Notes under the pieces: generated by a model
Told to the model about the DNA's origin: nothing
Seen by the model: the letters and a program-made list of their open reading frames with translations, nothing else
Database searches by the model: none
Position numbers and translations under genes: made by a program
Source: Syntrophorhabdaceae bacterium
Lineage (GTDB): Bacteria; Desulfobacterota; Syntrophorhabdia; Syntrophorhabdales; Syntrophorhabdaceae
Direction: 5' to 3'
Assembly (NCBI GenBank): GCA_963665295.1
Contig: OY762209.1
Coordinates: 2,720,001 to 2,784,000, forward strand
DNA: 64,000 nt
Part shown: in pieces, positions 18,630 to 28,812 of the stretch
Position numbering within the stretch: position 1 is the stretch's first letter
Layout of the letters: every line of letters starts with the position of its first letter

Positions 18630-19418
18630 ATGCACACAACCCTTTGGTTGAAGAGAATCGTGATCCTTGCCTTTGTCGTGACCCTTTTGCATGCATGCGC
18701 AACGCCTCCGCCGCCTCCTCCTCCGGTGCCGCCACTCAGGGTAGGGGTGGTTCGGGATTACCCGCCGCTGGTTTACAGGATGAGTGACAGTTATTCGGGC
18801 GCCGAGGTCGAGATGGCGAGGCTCCTCAGCCGGGAGACGGGCAGACCCCTCCAGTTTGTGGAACGCGGTTTCGATGATCTGATCCCCGCCCTCCTGGCGC
18901 GGGAGATAGACATTATTATGGCGGGAATGACTATCACGGCCGAAAGGAAGGTACGGATAGACTTTACCGATTATTATCTGAGAAGCGGACTTGCCGTTGC
19001 CATGCGCATGGACAAAGCCGACGAATTCGGTTCTCTGGAAAAGATAATCGCCAATGCTCAGACGGTAGGGGTGGTAGGCGGCACGGTCGCCGAAGCCTAT
19101 GTGCGCCGCACCTTCCCCGCTTCCATAAGGATTATCCTTCTCGGGAAGCCATCGGACGCCCCTTTTGAGCTAAAGAACCGGCGCATCGATGTGTACGTGG
19201 ACGATGCACCGTCCATTGCCTGGCTCATCTCCTCTGATGCGTCCGAGGTGCGGGGCTTGTTCGAGCCTCTGAGTGTGGCCTATTACGGCTGGGGTGTGAG
19301 TAAGGATAATATCGAGCTTTCAAACCAGGCAAACGCGGCGCTTACAAAATGGAAACGGGACGGCATCCTTGACAGGGTTCTGGACAGGTGGGTCCCGAGC
19401 CTGAAGAACCGTTATTGA
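18630..19418 (+). CDS. Family 3 (amino acid) solute-binding lipoprotein
   Basis: LHA-C lipobox, poly-Pro linker, DYPP, FDDLIPAL, GMTITAERK..IDFT. Confidence 0.88.
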   Translation: MHTTLWLKRIVILAFVVTLLHACATPPPPPPPVPPLRVGVVRDYPPLVYRMSDSYSGAEVEMARLLSRETGRPLQFVERGFDDLIPALLAREIDIIMAGMTITAERKVRIDFTDYYLRSGLAVAMRMDKADEFGSLEKIIANAQTVGVVGGTVAEAYVRRTFPASIRIILLGKPSDAPFELKNRRIDVYVDDAPSIAWLISSDASEVRGLFEPLSVAYYGWGVSKDNIELSNQANAALTKWKRDGILDRVLDRWVPSLKNRY

Positions 19419-19555
19419 CGCCCGGGCGAGGCAGGGAAGGGGAGAAGCCCATGTACATATGTCGGGCATTTCCCCGGCCCGTTGCGTGGCGTTGGCCTGA
19501 AGTGTGACAAAAGCACTTGACAAAGGCCTGCAATAGAGATAATTTCACACTGTCT

Positions 19556-20143
19556 ATGAAGAAACTCACCCTCATATCGGTTTTGGGCGCAATCCTTCTC
19601 ATGGGGAGTGTCTGCCATGCGAACATCTACGGATACCAGGATGAGAACGGCGTCTTCCACTTCACCAATATCGTGCCTGCCCATAAGAAATACCGTACCG
19701 TTCTGTATACGGGCAAACCCTATAGCGGCAGTTTCACGAAACCCGGGTCCCGGCAGGCGGTCGGCGGAGATCGGAGCGAAGTGATCGGTGTTGCAAAGAC
19801 TTATCTGGGAACTCCCTATAAGCTGGGCGGTAATCTTACCACAGGCATCGACTGTTCCGGTTTCGTGAAACAGGTGTATTCCGCATTTGATATCAGCCTT
19901 CCGAGGACCGCGCGGGAGCAATTTCACGAGGGGAAGAGAGTCGAAAAGGATAGCCTGAGGCCTGGAGACCTGATCTTTTTCCGAAGTGAAAAGAGCAGTG
20001 ATCCCGCCCATGTCGGCATCTTTATAGATGAGGACAGGTTTATCCATGCCACCACGCGTCACGGGGGCGGCGTCCGGATAGATTCCCTCGACGAAAACTA
20101 CTATCGTCGGACTTTTCTGGGGGCGTCCCGGGTAATGCGGTGA
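19556..20143 (+). CDS. DUF4124 plus NlpC/P60 cell-wall peptidase
   Basis: Signal peptide, IYGYQDENGVFHFTN, LGTPY..GG, DCSGF, HVGI and FIHA; TTGACA-17-TAATTT upstream. Confidence 0.9.
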   Translation: MKKLTLISVLGAILLMGSVCHANIYGYQDENGVFHFTNIVPAHKKYRTVLYTGKPYSGSFTKPGSRQAVGGDRSEVIGVAKTYLGTPYKLGGNLTTGIDCSGFVKQVYSAFDISLPRTAREQFHEGKRVEKDSLRPGDLIFFRSEKSSDPAHVGIFIDEDRFIHATTRHGGGVRIDSLDENYYRRTFLGASRVMR

Positions 20144-20296
20144 CCTGCCCGGAGGCGACCGTTTTCCCGCGTATCGATAACCCCCTAAACCTCGCTGCTA
20201 TGTTGCTTCCCCCTTTGCTATTTCGACCTTGATTTGAATTGTCCTTACTGGTATCTTTTACGGAACCGGCTTTTTCAGGGGCCGGGAGAGGTTTCC

Positions 20297-22369
20297 ATGA
20301 AAAAAGACTGGTATGCAATCGAAGGGACCCCGGGTCCACAGGGCGTGGCATGGATCGAGGAGGAAAATGCCTTCAATTTTGCCCTCTATTCCGAGAACGC
20401 CACCGGCGTCACCCTGCTCCTTTACGGGGAGCGCGACCCTGTACACCCTGTCCGGGAACTGAAGTTCGATTATCTCAGGAATAGATCGGGAAGGATCTGG
20501 CACTGCCGGATATCGGCTGCCGGCATGAATAACGCCGTCTATTACGCATACAAGGTGGAAGGTCCAATCGATCCCGCGAGGGGCCACCGGTTCGACCCGG
20601 ATAAAATTCTTCTCGACCCTTATGCGAGGGGGGTCTTCTTTCCTCCGGGGTTCAGCAGGGAGGCGGCAAGAAGACCGGGGTCAACCGCAGGGAAGGCGCC
20701 GCTTGGAGTCATCATTAAAGACGATTCGACTTTTGGCTGGACCGATGACAAGAAACCCTGGCACACTTCCGACAAAATCATCTACGAGCTTCACGTAAGG
20801 GGCTATACCATGAGGCCCAACTCGGGGGTCACCCCGGGCAGAAGGGGCACCTATGCGGGCCTTGTCGAGAAGATACCCTATCTTAAGGAACTCGGCGTGA
20901 CTGTTGTGGAACTGCAACCCGTGTTTCAGAGCGATCCTCAGGAGGGGAGCTACTGGGGATATATGCCGCTCAACTTTTTTACACCCCACCAGGGGTATGC
21001 GGACGGAGAGGGCCGGCATGACACGGTAAACGAATTCAAGGCCATGGTGGAGGCGTTCCATAGGGTGGACATTGAAGTCGTCCTTGACGTGGTTTACAAC
21101 CACACCACCGAGGGCGATCAGGATGGCCCCACCTATTCTTTCCGCGGGATCGATAATGCGGCATACTATCTGCTCCAGGAGGACAAGCGGTTCTACCGGA
21201 ACGATACGGGTGTGGGGAACGTGCTGGAATGTGCCCATCCGTACGTACGGATGGTCATTACGGACAGCCTGAGCTTCTGGGCGAGGGAGATGCACGTGGA
21301 CGGGTTCCGTTTCGACCTTGCATCTATCTTTACGCGGGATAGTGAGGGCAAGATCAACCTCCAGGACCCGCCCATAATAACGGAGATCAGGGTGCACCCC
21401 GATCTGATAGACGTGGAGCTCATTGCGGAGGCGTGGGACCTCTCCACCTATCAACTGGGTAAGAGTTTTCCCGGCCTCTTCTGGCATCAGTGGAACGGGC
21501 AGTTCCGGGACGACGTCCGCTCGTTTGTAAGAGGCGACGCGGGCAAAGTGGCTACTCTCATGACCCGCATGTACGGGAGTAACGACCTCTTTCCGGACGA
21601 TATGGATAACGTGTTCCGCCCGTACCAGAGCATCAATTTTGTGACGGCCCATGATGGGTTCTGTCTCTACGACCTAGTATCCTATAATATCAAACATAAC
21701 GAAGCCAACGGCAACGACAATACGGACGGCACCGACCACAACCTGAGCTGGAACTGCGGCTGGGAGGGGGACGACGGTGTGCCCGACGAGGTGATGGACC
21801 TCAGGCGACGGCAGGTCAGGAACTTCTGCGCCATACTCTTTCTCTCGAACGGCACGCCCATGATGCGGGCCGGCGACGAGTTCATGAACACCCAGAAAGG
21901 GAACAACAATCCCTATAACCAGGATAACGGGATTTCCTGGCTCGACTGGGACCTCCTGAAAAAGAACCATGATATCTTCCGTTTTTTCAAACTGATGATT
22001 GCCTTCCGAAAAGATCACCCTTCCCTGGGGAGGGGGCGGTTCTGGAGAGAAGACGTGAAATGGTACGGGGTGGGCGAAAAGCCGGACTTGAGTTTCAATT
22101 CCCGGAGCGTTGCCTTTTGCCTCCACGGCTCCTCCGAAGAGGATGATGATATCTATGTAATGATCAACGGCTACAAAGAGGACCTCAAATTCACGGTGCA
22201 GGAGGGCGCGGCCTGCCAATGGTTGAAAGTCGCCGATACGGGTCTTCCGGGCCCCCTGGACATCTCGGACAGGGGAGAGGAAGAGAATCTCGAAGACCTG
22301 GAATATAATGTGTCGGCGCGCTCTGTGGTGATCCTGCGCCGTCCCATGGCAGGCCCCGGGCGAGCCTGA
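20297..22369 (+). CDS. glgX: Glycogen debranching enzyme / isoamylase (GH13)
   Basis: IYELHVRG, YWGY, DVVYNHT, DGFRFDLA, IAEAWD and TAHDGF motifs. Confidence 0.93.
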   Translation: MKKDWYAIEGTPGPQGVAWIEEENAFNFALYSENATGVTLLLYGERDPVHPVRELKFDYLRNRSGRIWHCRISAAGMNNAVYYAYKVEGPIDPARGHRFDPDKILLDPYARGVFFPPGFSREAARRPGSTAGKAPLGVIIKDDSTFGWTDDKKPWHTSDKIIYELHVRGYTMRPNSGVTPGRRGTYAGLVEKIPYLKELGVTVVELQPVFQSDPQEGSYWGYMPLNFFTPHQGYADGEGRHDTVNEFKAMVEAFHRVDIEVVLDVVYNHTTEGDQDGPTYSFRGIDNAAYYLLQEDKRFYRNDTGVGNVLECAHPYVRMVITDSLSFWAREMHVDGFRFDLASIFTRDSEGKINLQDPPIITEIRVHPDLIDVELIAEAWDLSTYQLGKSFPGLFWHQWNGQFRDDVRSFVRGDAGKVATLMTRMYGSNDLFPDDMDNVFRPYQSINFVTAHDGFCLYDLVSYNIKHNEANGNDNTDGTDHNLSWNCGWEGDDGVPDEVMDLRRRQVRNFCAILFLSNGTPMMRAGDEFMNTQKGNNNPYNQDNGISWLDWDLLKKNHDIFRFFKLMIAFRKDHPSLGRGRFWREDVKWYGVGEKPDLSFNSRSVAFCLHGSSEEDDDIYVMINGYKEDLKFTVQEGAACQWLKVADTGLPGPLDISDRGEEENLEDLEYNVSARSVVILRRPMAGPGRA

Positions 22370-22413
22370 CGTCGTGAGAGACCGGCCGTACCGGTAGGAT
22401 TACACACTCGCGG

Positions 22414-23847
22414 TTATCGGTGTCTTGTTCCGTTTCTTATAAGAAAAGAGCTTACGAAGGCAATAAAGGCGACCAACGCCCCGAGGGCATAGGCATTCTG
22501 GAAGCCCGCGAGGAGGGCGTGAGTCGGGGCTGAGCTTATGTCTACCCGGGCGCTGTGGCCGGGCAGGAAATGGGAGAAGATCGTCTCGAAAAGGGTCACG
22601 CCGAACACGAGGCCAAGGCTCGTGATGGTATTGAAGACCCCTGATGCGATCCCCTGCTCGTTACGGGGTGCCAGTTTCATGGCCTGATTGTTATTCGGCG
22701 AGATAAAGACCCCGAAAGAAAGGGCGAGCCATACGAGGAAGATCAAGGGGAAAGACAGCCCCCGGCAAGACAGGGTGAGCACGAAAGTAAGGCAACATGC
22801 CGCTGCGGAAATCATTGCCACGGCACAGAGGACGCTCGGGTCCATCTTGTCGGAAAGCTTGCCCGCGAAAGGGCCGGTAATCATATAGACCACGGAGAAG
22901 ACCACAATGACGAGACCTGCCTGGGCAGTAACGAGGCCTTTCGTCATCTCAAGGTAGAAGGGCATGAGAAAGCCTGAGCCCGCCATGAGCATGAAGGCCG
23001 AGAAGGCGGCGATATTTGCATAGGTGAACCTCATATTGCTGAAAAGCCTGAGGTCGAGAAGAGGGTGTTCGTGTCTCTTTTCCCACACGACGAAAAGGAG
23101 AAGGAGCACAAAGGCCGCGAAAAAGCAGCCGAGGGTCAAAGGAGACGACCATCCTGTTTCCTCACCCCTGTTGAGGGCAAAGATAAGGGCGAAGAGGCCC
23201 GTGAAGCTCATGACGGTCCCGAAGATATCAAACTCCTTAAGCCTCTTCAATATGGTCCTCTCAGGCGGTTTGGCTTCCCTTATTACCCTGTAGGCGATCA
23301 GAATGGCGAGGATGCCCACGGGAAGGTTTATGAGGAATACCCAGCGCCACGAGAAGAATCCCGTAAGAAAACCTCCCACAGGTGCGCCGACGATAACCCC
23401 CAGGCCGGCACCCGTGCCGAGGATGCCGAAGGCCGACCCGAGAAGGCTCCTGGGGAGCAGCCTGGGGACCATGGCAAAGGCACTCGTGACCAGCATGGCG
23501 CCGCCCAGGCCCTGCATGCAACGGAAGGCGATGAGCATCTTTATGGAAGGGGCAAGTCCGCACAGGAGGGAACTGAAGGTGAAGATGGCATACCCGCCGA
23601 TGAAGGTCTTCTTCAACCCTATGTCGTCTCCCAGCTTGCCGAAGATCATCATGGTGGTGGTCTGGACCAGCAGGTAACTCAGGATCACCCATGAGGCCGT
23701 GCCGGGGTTGATATCAAAATGGCGGGAAATCGTGGGGAGCGAAATGTTGACGATGGAACTGTCGAGTTTCGACATGAAAGCGGCGAAGGCAATGCTGATT
23801 ATGACCCATCGCTGGGAGTTCCTGTCGGTGACGGTTTCCATTGCCAT
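22414..23847 (-). CDS. MFS transporter, DHA2 (EmrB/QacA) family
   Basis: LDSSIVNISLP, GKLGDDIG, WRWVFLINLP and HPLLDLRLF motifs. Confidence 0.92.
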   Translation of the reverse strand: MAMETVTDRNSQRWVIISIAFAAFMSKLDSSIVNISLPTISRHFDINPGTASWVILSYLLVQTTTMMIFGKLGDDIGLKKTFIGGYAIFTFSSLLCGLAPSIKMLIAFRCMQGLGGAMLVTSAFAMVPRLLPRSLLGSAFGILGTGAGLGVIVGAPVGGFLTGFFSWRWVFLINLPVGILAILIAYRVIREAKPPERTILKRLKEFDIFGTVMSFTGLFALIFALNRGEETGWSSPLTLGCFFAAFVLLLLFVVWEKRHEHPLLDLRLFSNMRFTYANIAAFSAFMLMAGSGFLMPFYLEMTKGLVTAQAGLVIVVFSVVYMITGPFAGKLSDKMDPSVLCAVAMISAAACCLTFVLTLSCRGLSFPLIFLVWLALSFGVFISPNNNQAMKLAPRNEQGIASGVFNTITSLGLVFGVTLFETIFSHFLPGHSARVDISSAPTHALLAGFQNAYALGALVAFIAFVSSFLIRNGTRHR

Positions 23848-23942
23848 GCTGATGATTGCTATACCATTGCGGGGCACGCATAATCAACTGTTTTTCCGGG
23901 CCGCCGGACCCTATCCGATGGGTCATCGTCGATTCCTTGTGG

Positions 23943-25148
23943 TCACTCGTGACGCAAAGCCTCGATGGGGTCCATGCGCGCGGCTTTAAGGGCGGGGAAG
24001 TAGCCGAAAATCATACCTACTGCCCCTGAAAAGAGGAAAGAGATGAAAACGATGGACCCGTTGAATACGAAAGGCACCTTGAGAAAACCTGCAAGCCACA
24101 CGGATATGCCGAGGGCGGCCACTACCCCCAGGAAACCGCCGCATGATGAAAGGACCACCGCCTCCACGAGAAACTGGAGGAGCACTTCCCTCTCCAGGGC
24201 GCCTATGGCGAGGCGGACGCCGATCTCGCGGGTGCGCTCCGTGACGGACACGAGCATGATATTCATGATCCCGATGCCCCCCACGAGGAGACTTACCGCC
24301 GCCACCGCGCTCAAGAGGGCCGTGAGCATCTGCGTGGTGCCCGTGAGCATCCGTGTGATCTCCTTCATATCCATGACCGTGAAGTTGTCGTCGTCGCTTG
24401 CCGCCAGATGCCGCCGCTCCCTCATGAGCCGTGTGATGTCCTTTTGCGCCTTTTCGGTGGACTCTCCCTCCCTGACGGATACCTGGATGAGGTCCACGTC
24501 CTGGGTACCCGATATACGCCGCTGGTATGCGCGCAGGGGCACCACCACGATATCGTCCTGGTCCGTGCCCATGGTGCTCTGGCCTTTTTCCTTTACCACG
24601 CCTATCACTTCGCACGAGAGTTTCTGAAGGCGAATCCTCTCTCCCAGGGCATCCTGACCGCCGAAGAGCTTCTTGCGCACCGTGTCCCCTACGATGCAGA
24701 CCGCCGCACCCCCGCTTAGCTCACCTTCATTGAATGGGCGTCCCGCCCCTATGGGCCTGTTGGTGACCTTGAAATACTGGTTGTCACTTCCTATTACCTG
24801 AGTAGTCCAGTTCTGGTTGCCGAATATGGCCTTGAGGGATTGCGAGGCGACCGGGGCCAGGGCTGCCACGGAGCCTACGTCCTTGCTGATGGCGTCGGCG
24901 TCGGCCTGTTTGAAGGGGATAGCCGTGGTGCTGTGGCCCGGTCCCATTCTCTTTCCCGGGGAGACCATGAGGAGATTGCTCCCCATGTTCGCGATCTGTT
25001 CCTTGACCTGGCGCGTTGCGCCTCCGCCGATGGTCACCATGATGATGACCGCGGCCACGCCGATGACGATCCCGAGGGTGGTGAGAAAGGACCTCATGGC
25101 GTTGCGCCTGATGGCCCTCAGAGACAGGACAATCGTACTCCACAGCAT
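23943..25148 (-). CDS. MacB-like ABC transporter permease
   Basis: RSFLTTLGIVIGVAAV and GGIGIMNIMLVSVTERTREIG motifs. Confidence 0.93.
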   Translation of the reverse strand: MLWSTIVLSLRAIRRNAMRSFLTTLGIVIGVAAVIIMVTIGGGATRQVKEQIANMGSNLLMVSPGKRMGPGHSTTAIPFKQADADAISKDVGSVAALAPVASQSLKAIFGNQNWTTQVIGSDNQYFKVTNRPIGAGRPFNEGELSGGAAVCIVGDTVRKKLFGGQDALGERIRLQKLSCEVIGVVKEKGQSTMGTDQDDIVVVPLRAYQRRISGTQDVDLIQVSVREGESTEKAQKDITRLMRERRHLAASDDDNFTVMDMKEITRMLTGTTQMLTALLSAVAAVSLLVGGIGIMNIMLVSVTERTREIGVRLAIGALEREVLLQFLVEAVVLSSCGGFLGVVAALGISVWLAGFLKVPFVFNGSIVFISFLFSGAVGMIFGYFPALKAARMDPIEALRHE

Positions 25149-25852
25149 TAGCCGGTCCTCCCGTTCTTCATATCCTTTTCCACGAGACCATCCCTGAAGT
25201 GGATGACCCGTTTTGAGTATGCAGCCATATCGGGCTCATGGGTGATCATGATAATGGTAATCCCCCGGTCGCGGTTGAGGGCTGTGAGGAGTTCCATGAT
25301 CTCCGTGCTTCTCATGGTGTCGAGGTTCCCCGTGGGTTCGTCCGCGAGGAGTACTGTGGGTTCCGTCACGATGGCCCGCGCGATTGCCACCCTTTGCTGC
25401 TGGCCTCCCGACAGTTCGCCGGGCGTGTGGGCCTCCCAGCCGTCAAGTCCCACTGTCTCGAGTGCTTTCATGGCCCGTTGCTTTCGCTCGGCTGCGGGAA
25501 CGCCCCGGTAAATGAGGGGAAGCTCCACGTTTTCCACCGCCGAGGTACGGTTGAGGAGATTGTACCCCTGGAATACGAAACCCTGATAATGGCGGCGCAA
25601 CAAGGCCCGCCGGCTCCGGGTCAATTGTCCCACATCCACGCCCTTGAACATGTAGGTACCCGAGGTGGGCGTATCCAGACAACCGAGTATATTCATGCAG
25701 GTCGATTTACCCGACCCGCTCGGACCCATGATCGCCACAAACTCCCCCTCCATGATATCGAGGTCGATCCCCGCGAGGGCCTGCATGGACGCATACCCCT
25801 GACCGTAGACCTTGGTGACGCCCCTGAAGGCGATGACCTGCCCTGCCGTCAT
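25148..25852 (-). CDS. ABC transporter ATP-binding protein (MacB/LolD-like)
   Basis: GPSGSGKST, LSGGQQQRV and LADEPTGNLD motifs. Confidence 0.95.
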   Translation of the reverse strand: MTAGQVIAFRGVTKVYGQGYASMQALAGIDLDIMEGEFVAIMGPSGSGKSTCMNILGCLDTPTSGTYMFKGVDVGQLTRSRRALLRRHYQGFVFQGYNLLNRTSAVENVELPLIYRGVPAAERKQRAMKALETVGLDGWEAHTPGELSGGQQQRVAIARAIVTEPTVLLADEPTGNLDTMRSTEIMELLTALNRDRGITIIMITHEPDMAAYSKRVIHFRDGLVEKDMKNGRTG

Positions 25853-27135
25853 TTCACACCCCGGATCGTGTCTGTCACCACCGGGGTACCCGGCTTGATG
25901 CCATTGGCAAGGACCTCCGTCATGCTCCCGTTGGTGGCCCCCGTTGAGACAGACGCGCCGAGCAGCTCGTTGTCCTTTAATATCCAGACCCTCCGCTCCT
26001 TGCCCGGAGCCCCCTCTTTGCTGTCCCGGGTCGCCTGCTTCGGAGGGTGGGGGATGAGGGACTCCATAAGGCTCCGCTGCGGTTTCGCGTCCTGACGGAC
26101 CGGCGGAGAGAAGCGCAAAGCGGCGCTCGGGATGAGAAGCACCCTTTCGAGTTTTCTTACCGTAATGTCGGCGGTGGCGGTCATGCCGGGCCTCAGGGAA
26201 AGGTCGGAATTGTTGACCCTCAGCACCGTCTTGTAGGTGACCACCCCGGACGTGGTGGTGGAGCCGTAACGGGCCTGTATAATGCGCGCCTCGAAGGTCC
26301 TGTTCGGATACGCGGAAACGGTAAATGTGGCCTTTTGCCCCACCTGGATCTTGCCGATATCCGCCTCGTCCACGTTTAGTTGCAGGTCCATCTGGGTGAG
26401 GTCTTCGGCGAGGGTAAACAGGGTGGCGACCTGAAGGGATGCGGCCACGGTCTGACCGGGTTCCACGCTGCGGGAGAGAACGACCCCGTTAAAGGGAGAC
26501 CTTATGACGGATTTGGAAAGGTCCGTTTTATTGGCCTGAAGAATTGCTTCCGCCTGGGACACGGCCGCGACACAGTAGGCGAGGTCCGCGTTGGCCCGCT
26601 CGAAGCCGGCTTCCGCCCCATCCATCTCCAACTGGGATGGGACCTTGCCGTCACTCAGCTTCCTCACGTTCCGGTACTGGGCCAGTTTTGCCTTCGTTTC
26701 CTTTACAGTGGCTTCGGCCTGGAGCACCTTCGCTTTTGCCGATGCGAGGGAGGCTTCGGACTGCGCAATGGTAGCCATCAGTTTCGTGGTATCGAGCCTG
26801 GCGAGGGCCTGACCGGCCTTCACCGTGCTGTTGTAAGTCACCTCCACGCTCTTGATGATGCCCGACAGCTCACTGCCTACATCGACGGAATTCTTCGGCT
26901 GCAGCGTGCCCGTGGCGGTGACGGTCACGGTGAGATCGCCATACCGTGCTTCCTCGGTCTTGTACTTGACCTGCTCGGATTTTCCCGTCCCTCTGACGAT
27001 AAGGAACGCGGCAATGGCCGCAAGGATCAGGAGGGCCGCGATGATGAGGGACTTCATCTTCCTGAGCCGCGGGGTCTCGTGTCCCATATTAAGGGTTTTC
27101 GCAATATCCTGTTCGGGGTTCATATCGGGTTTCAT
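25849..27135 (-). CDS. MacA-like periplasmic adaptor (membrane fusion protein)
   Basis: N-terminal TM, VGSELSG, IRSPFNGVV, VDEADIG and LRPGMTA motifs. Confidence 0.92.
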   Translation of the reverse strand: MKPDMNPEQDIAKTLNMGHETPRLRKMKSLIIAALLILAAIAAFLIVRGTGKSEQVKYKTEEARYGDLTVTVTATGTLQPKNSVDVGSELSGIIKSVEVTYNSTVKAGQALARLDTTKLMATIAQSEASLASAKAKVLQAEATVKETKAKLAQYRNVRKLSDGKVPSQLEMDGAEAGFERANADLAYCVAAVSQAEAILQANKTDLSKSVIRSPFNGVVLSRSVEPGQTVAASLQVATLFTLAEDLTQMDLQLNVDEADIGKIQVGQKATFTVSAYPNRTFEARIIQARYGSTTTSGVVTYKTVLRVNNSDLSLRPGMTATADITVRKLERVLLIPSAALRFSPPVRQDAKPQRSLMESLIPHPPKQATRDSKEGAPGKERRVWILKDNELLGASVSTGATNGSMTEVLANGIKPGTPVVTDTIRGVK

Positions 27136-28628
27136 TTCCTTTGTACCTTTGCGAGGGTCGCTTTTTGCCCGGCATCGAAGGACTCCCATCCGCCGCCCAG
27201 GGCCTTGTAAAGTTTTATGAGGTTCGACGTTACCGCCCCGTTACTCTGGGCCAACTGGTTCTGGAAGGTGAGGAGCGAACGTTCGGCGTCGAGGACGGCC
27301 ACGAAGTTGGTGAGTCCCGCTTCGTACTTGCGCTGCGCGAGTGAGACCGCCTTGCCTGCCGCTTCTTCCGCCGCCCTCAGGGCGTCCCTCTTATTCTGCT
27401 CCTCGGCATAGGCGGTAAGGATATTCTCCACCTCTTCGAGGGCGGTGAGGAGGACGGTCTCATAGTGGATGGCGGCCTGCTCCTGGAGGGCCGACTGTAT
27501 CTCGATATTGCCCCGGATGGCCCCGCCATGAAAGATGGGGGCCGTGACGCCGGAGCCGAAACCGAGGACCCTGCTCCCCCACGAGAACAGGTTGCCCGTG
27601 GAAAGGGATTCCACGCCGATATTCCCGCTCAGGGTGAACACCGGGTAGAGACTCGCCACCGCCACCCCGACCCTGGCCGTCTCGGCGGCAAGTTCCCGTT
27701 CTGCCTGACGTATGTCGGGACGGCGGCGCAGGGTGTCTCCAGGTACGCCCACTGCGACCCGGCCGGGGATGCCCGGTACAGGCGCCGGTTTTTCGAGGTA
27801 TCCGTGGATTGCGCCCGGCTGTTCCCCCAGGAGCACGGCGAGCCGGTTCATGGCTTCTTCGAGGCCCGTTCGCAGGGCCGGCACCTGGGACCTGGTGTTT
27901 TCCAGGTTGTACCGGGCCTCCTGCACCGCAAGCTCGTCGCTTAAGCCTGCCTGACTGCGCCAGAGCGTCAACTGAAGGGTGTCTTGCTGGGCTCGGGCGT
28001 TTGCCTCCACCGAGGCGATCCTCGCCTGGTAGGTGCGCACGTCAATATAGTTCAACGCCGTTTCCGCGAGAAGGGAGACGAGCACGTCGCGGAGGTTCTC
28101 TTCGCGGGCCCCTATATCCGCGTCGGCAGCTTCCACCGACCGGCGGGTGCCGCCGAAGATATCCAGCTCCCATGACGCGTCGAATCCTGCGTTGTAGAGG
28201 GTGCTGTAGTTGTTGCCCGTTGCTCCGTAGTTCGCGCCGGTCATATTGTCGCTTGCCCGGCTCCTCGTCCCCGAACCGGAGGCATCCACTGTGGGGAAGA
28301 AGGGAGCCCTTGCCACCACACGACGGGCGCGGGCTTCACGAACCCTGGCTTTCGCCTTTTTAAGGTCCAGGTTGCCCTTTACGGCCCGGTCTATGAGACT
28401 CGACAATTGGGGGTCGTCAAAGGTAGTCCACCACGCCGCGAGGTCCGACGGGGCCGGGTCACCCGGGACCAGCCCGCCTTTCAACGGTGTGTGCCAGGCG
28501 GGGGAGGCGGCGAGGTCGGGCGCGACATAATCGGGCCCCACGCTGACGCAGGCGGCGAGGTTCATGACGAGTGACGCCAGGGCGATACCCATGAAAACGT
28601 AGCGGTTGATCCGATCGCTGACGAGCAT
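27132..28628 (-). CDS. NodT/OprM (TolC-family) outer-membrane efflux lipoprotein
   Basis: LAA-C.VGPDY lipobox, SWELDIFG, RRPDIRQAE and LYKALGGGW motifs. Confidence 0.93.
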   Translation of the reverse strand: MLVSDRINRYVFMGIALASLVMNLAACVSVGPDYVAPDLAASPAWHTPLKGGLVPGDPAPSDLAAWWTTFDDPQLSSLIDRAVKGNLDLKKAKARVREARARRVVARAPFFPTVDASGSGTRSRASDNMTGANYGATGNNYSTLYNAGFDASWELDIFGGTRRSVEAADADIGAREENLRDVLVSLLAETALNYIDVRTYQARIASVEANARAQQDTLQLTLWRSQAGLSDELAVQEARYNLENTRSQVPALRTGLEEAMNRLAVLLGEQPGAIHGYLEKPAPVPGIPGRVAVGVPGDTLRRRPDIRQAERELAAETARVGVAVASLYPVFTLSGNIGVESLSTGNLFSWGSRVLGFGSGVTAPIFHGGAIRGNIEIQSALQEQAAIHYETVLLTALEEVENILTAYAEEQNKRDALRAAEEAAGKAVSLAQRKYEAGLTNFVAVLDAERSLLTFQNQLAQSNGAVTSNLIKLYKALGGGWESFDAGQKATLAKVQRK

Positions 28629-28671
28629 CTTCACTGCCTTTCCTTTTGCATACCCACAATATTGCACATCC

Positions 28672-28752
28672 TGTGATTAATGTGGATTAAGAATGGTTAA
28701 ATAAACACGTCCTTTTGTAAAGGACGGGGACAATTCTTAACACTTTTTAACA
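28672..28752. promoter_or_regulatory. Tandem TTAA direct repeats, probable OmpR-family binding sites in a divergent promoter region
   Basis: TTAA at 28677, 28687 and 28697, again at 28737 and 28747 (exact 10-bp period); 8-bp inverted repeat CGTCCTTT/AAAGGACG between the two sets. Confidence 0.6.
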
Positions 28753-28812
28753 GGCTAAAGGAGACATTTTTGGTTATAATGGGAATAACCGAGGAGTAAA
28801 GGAGTCCGGCGA

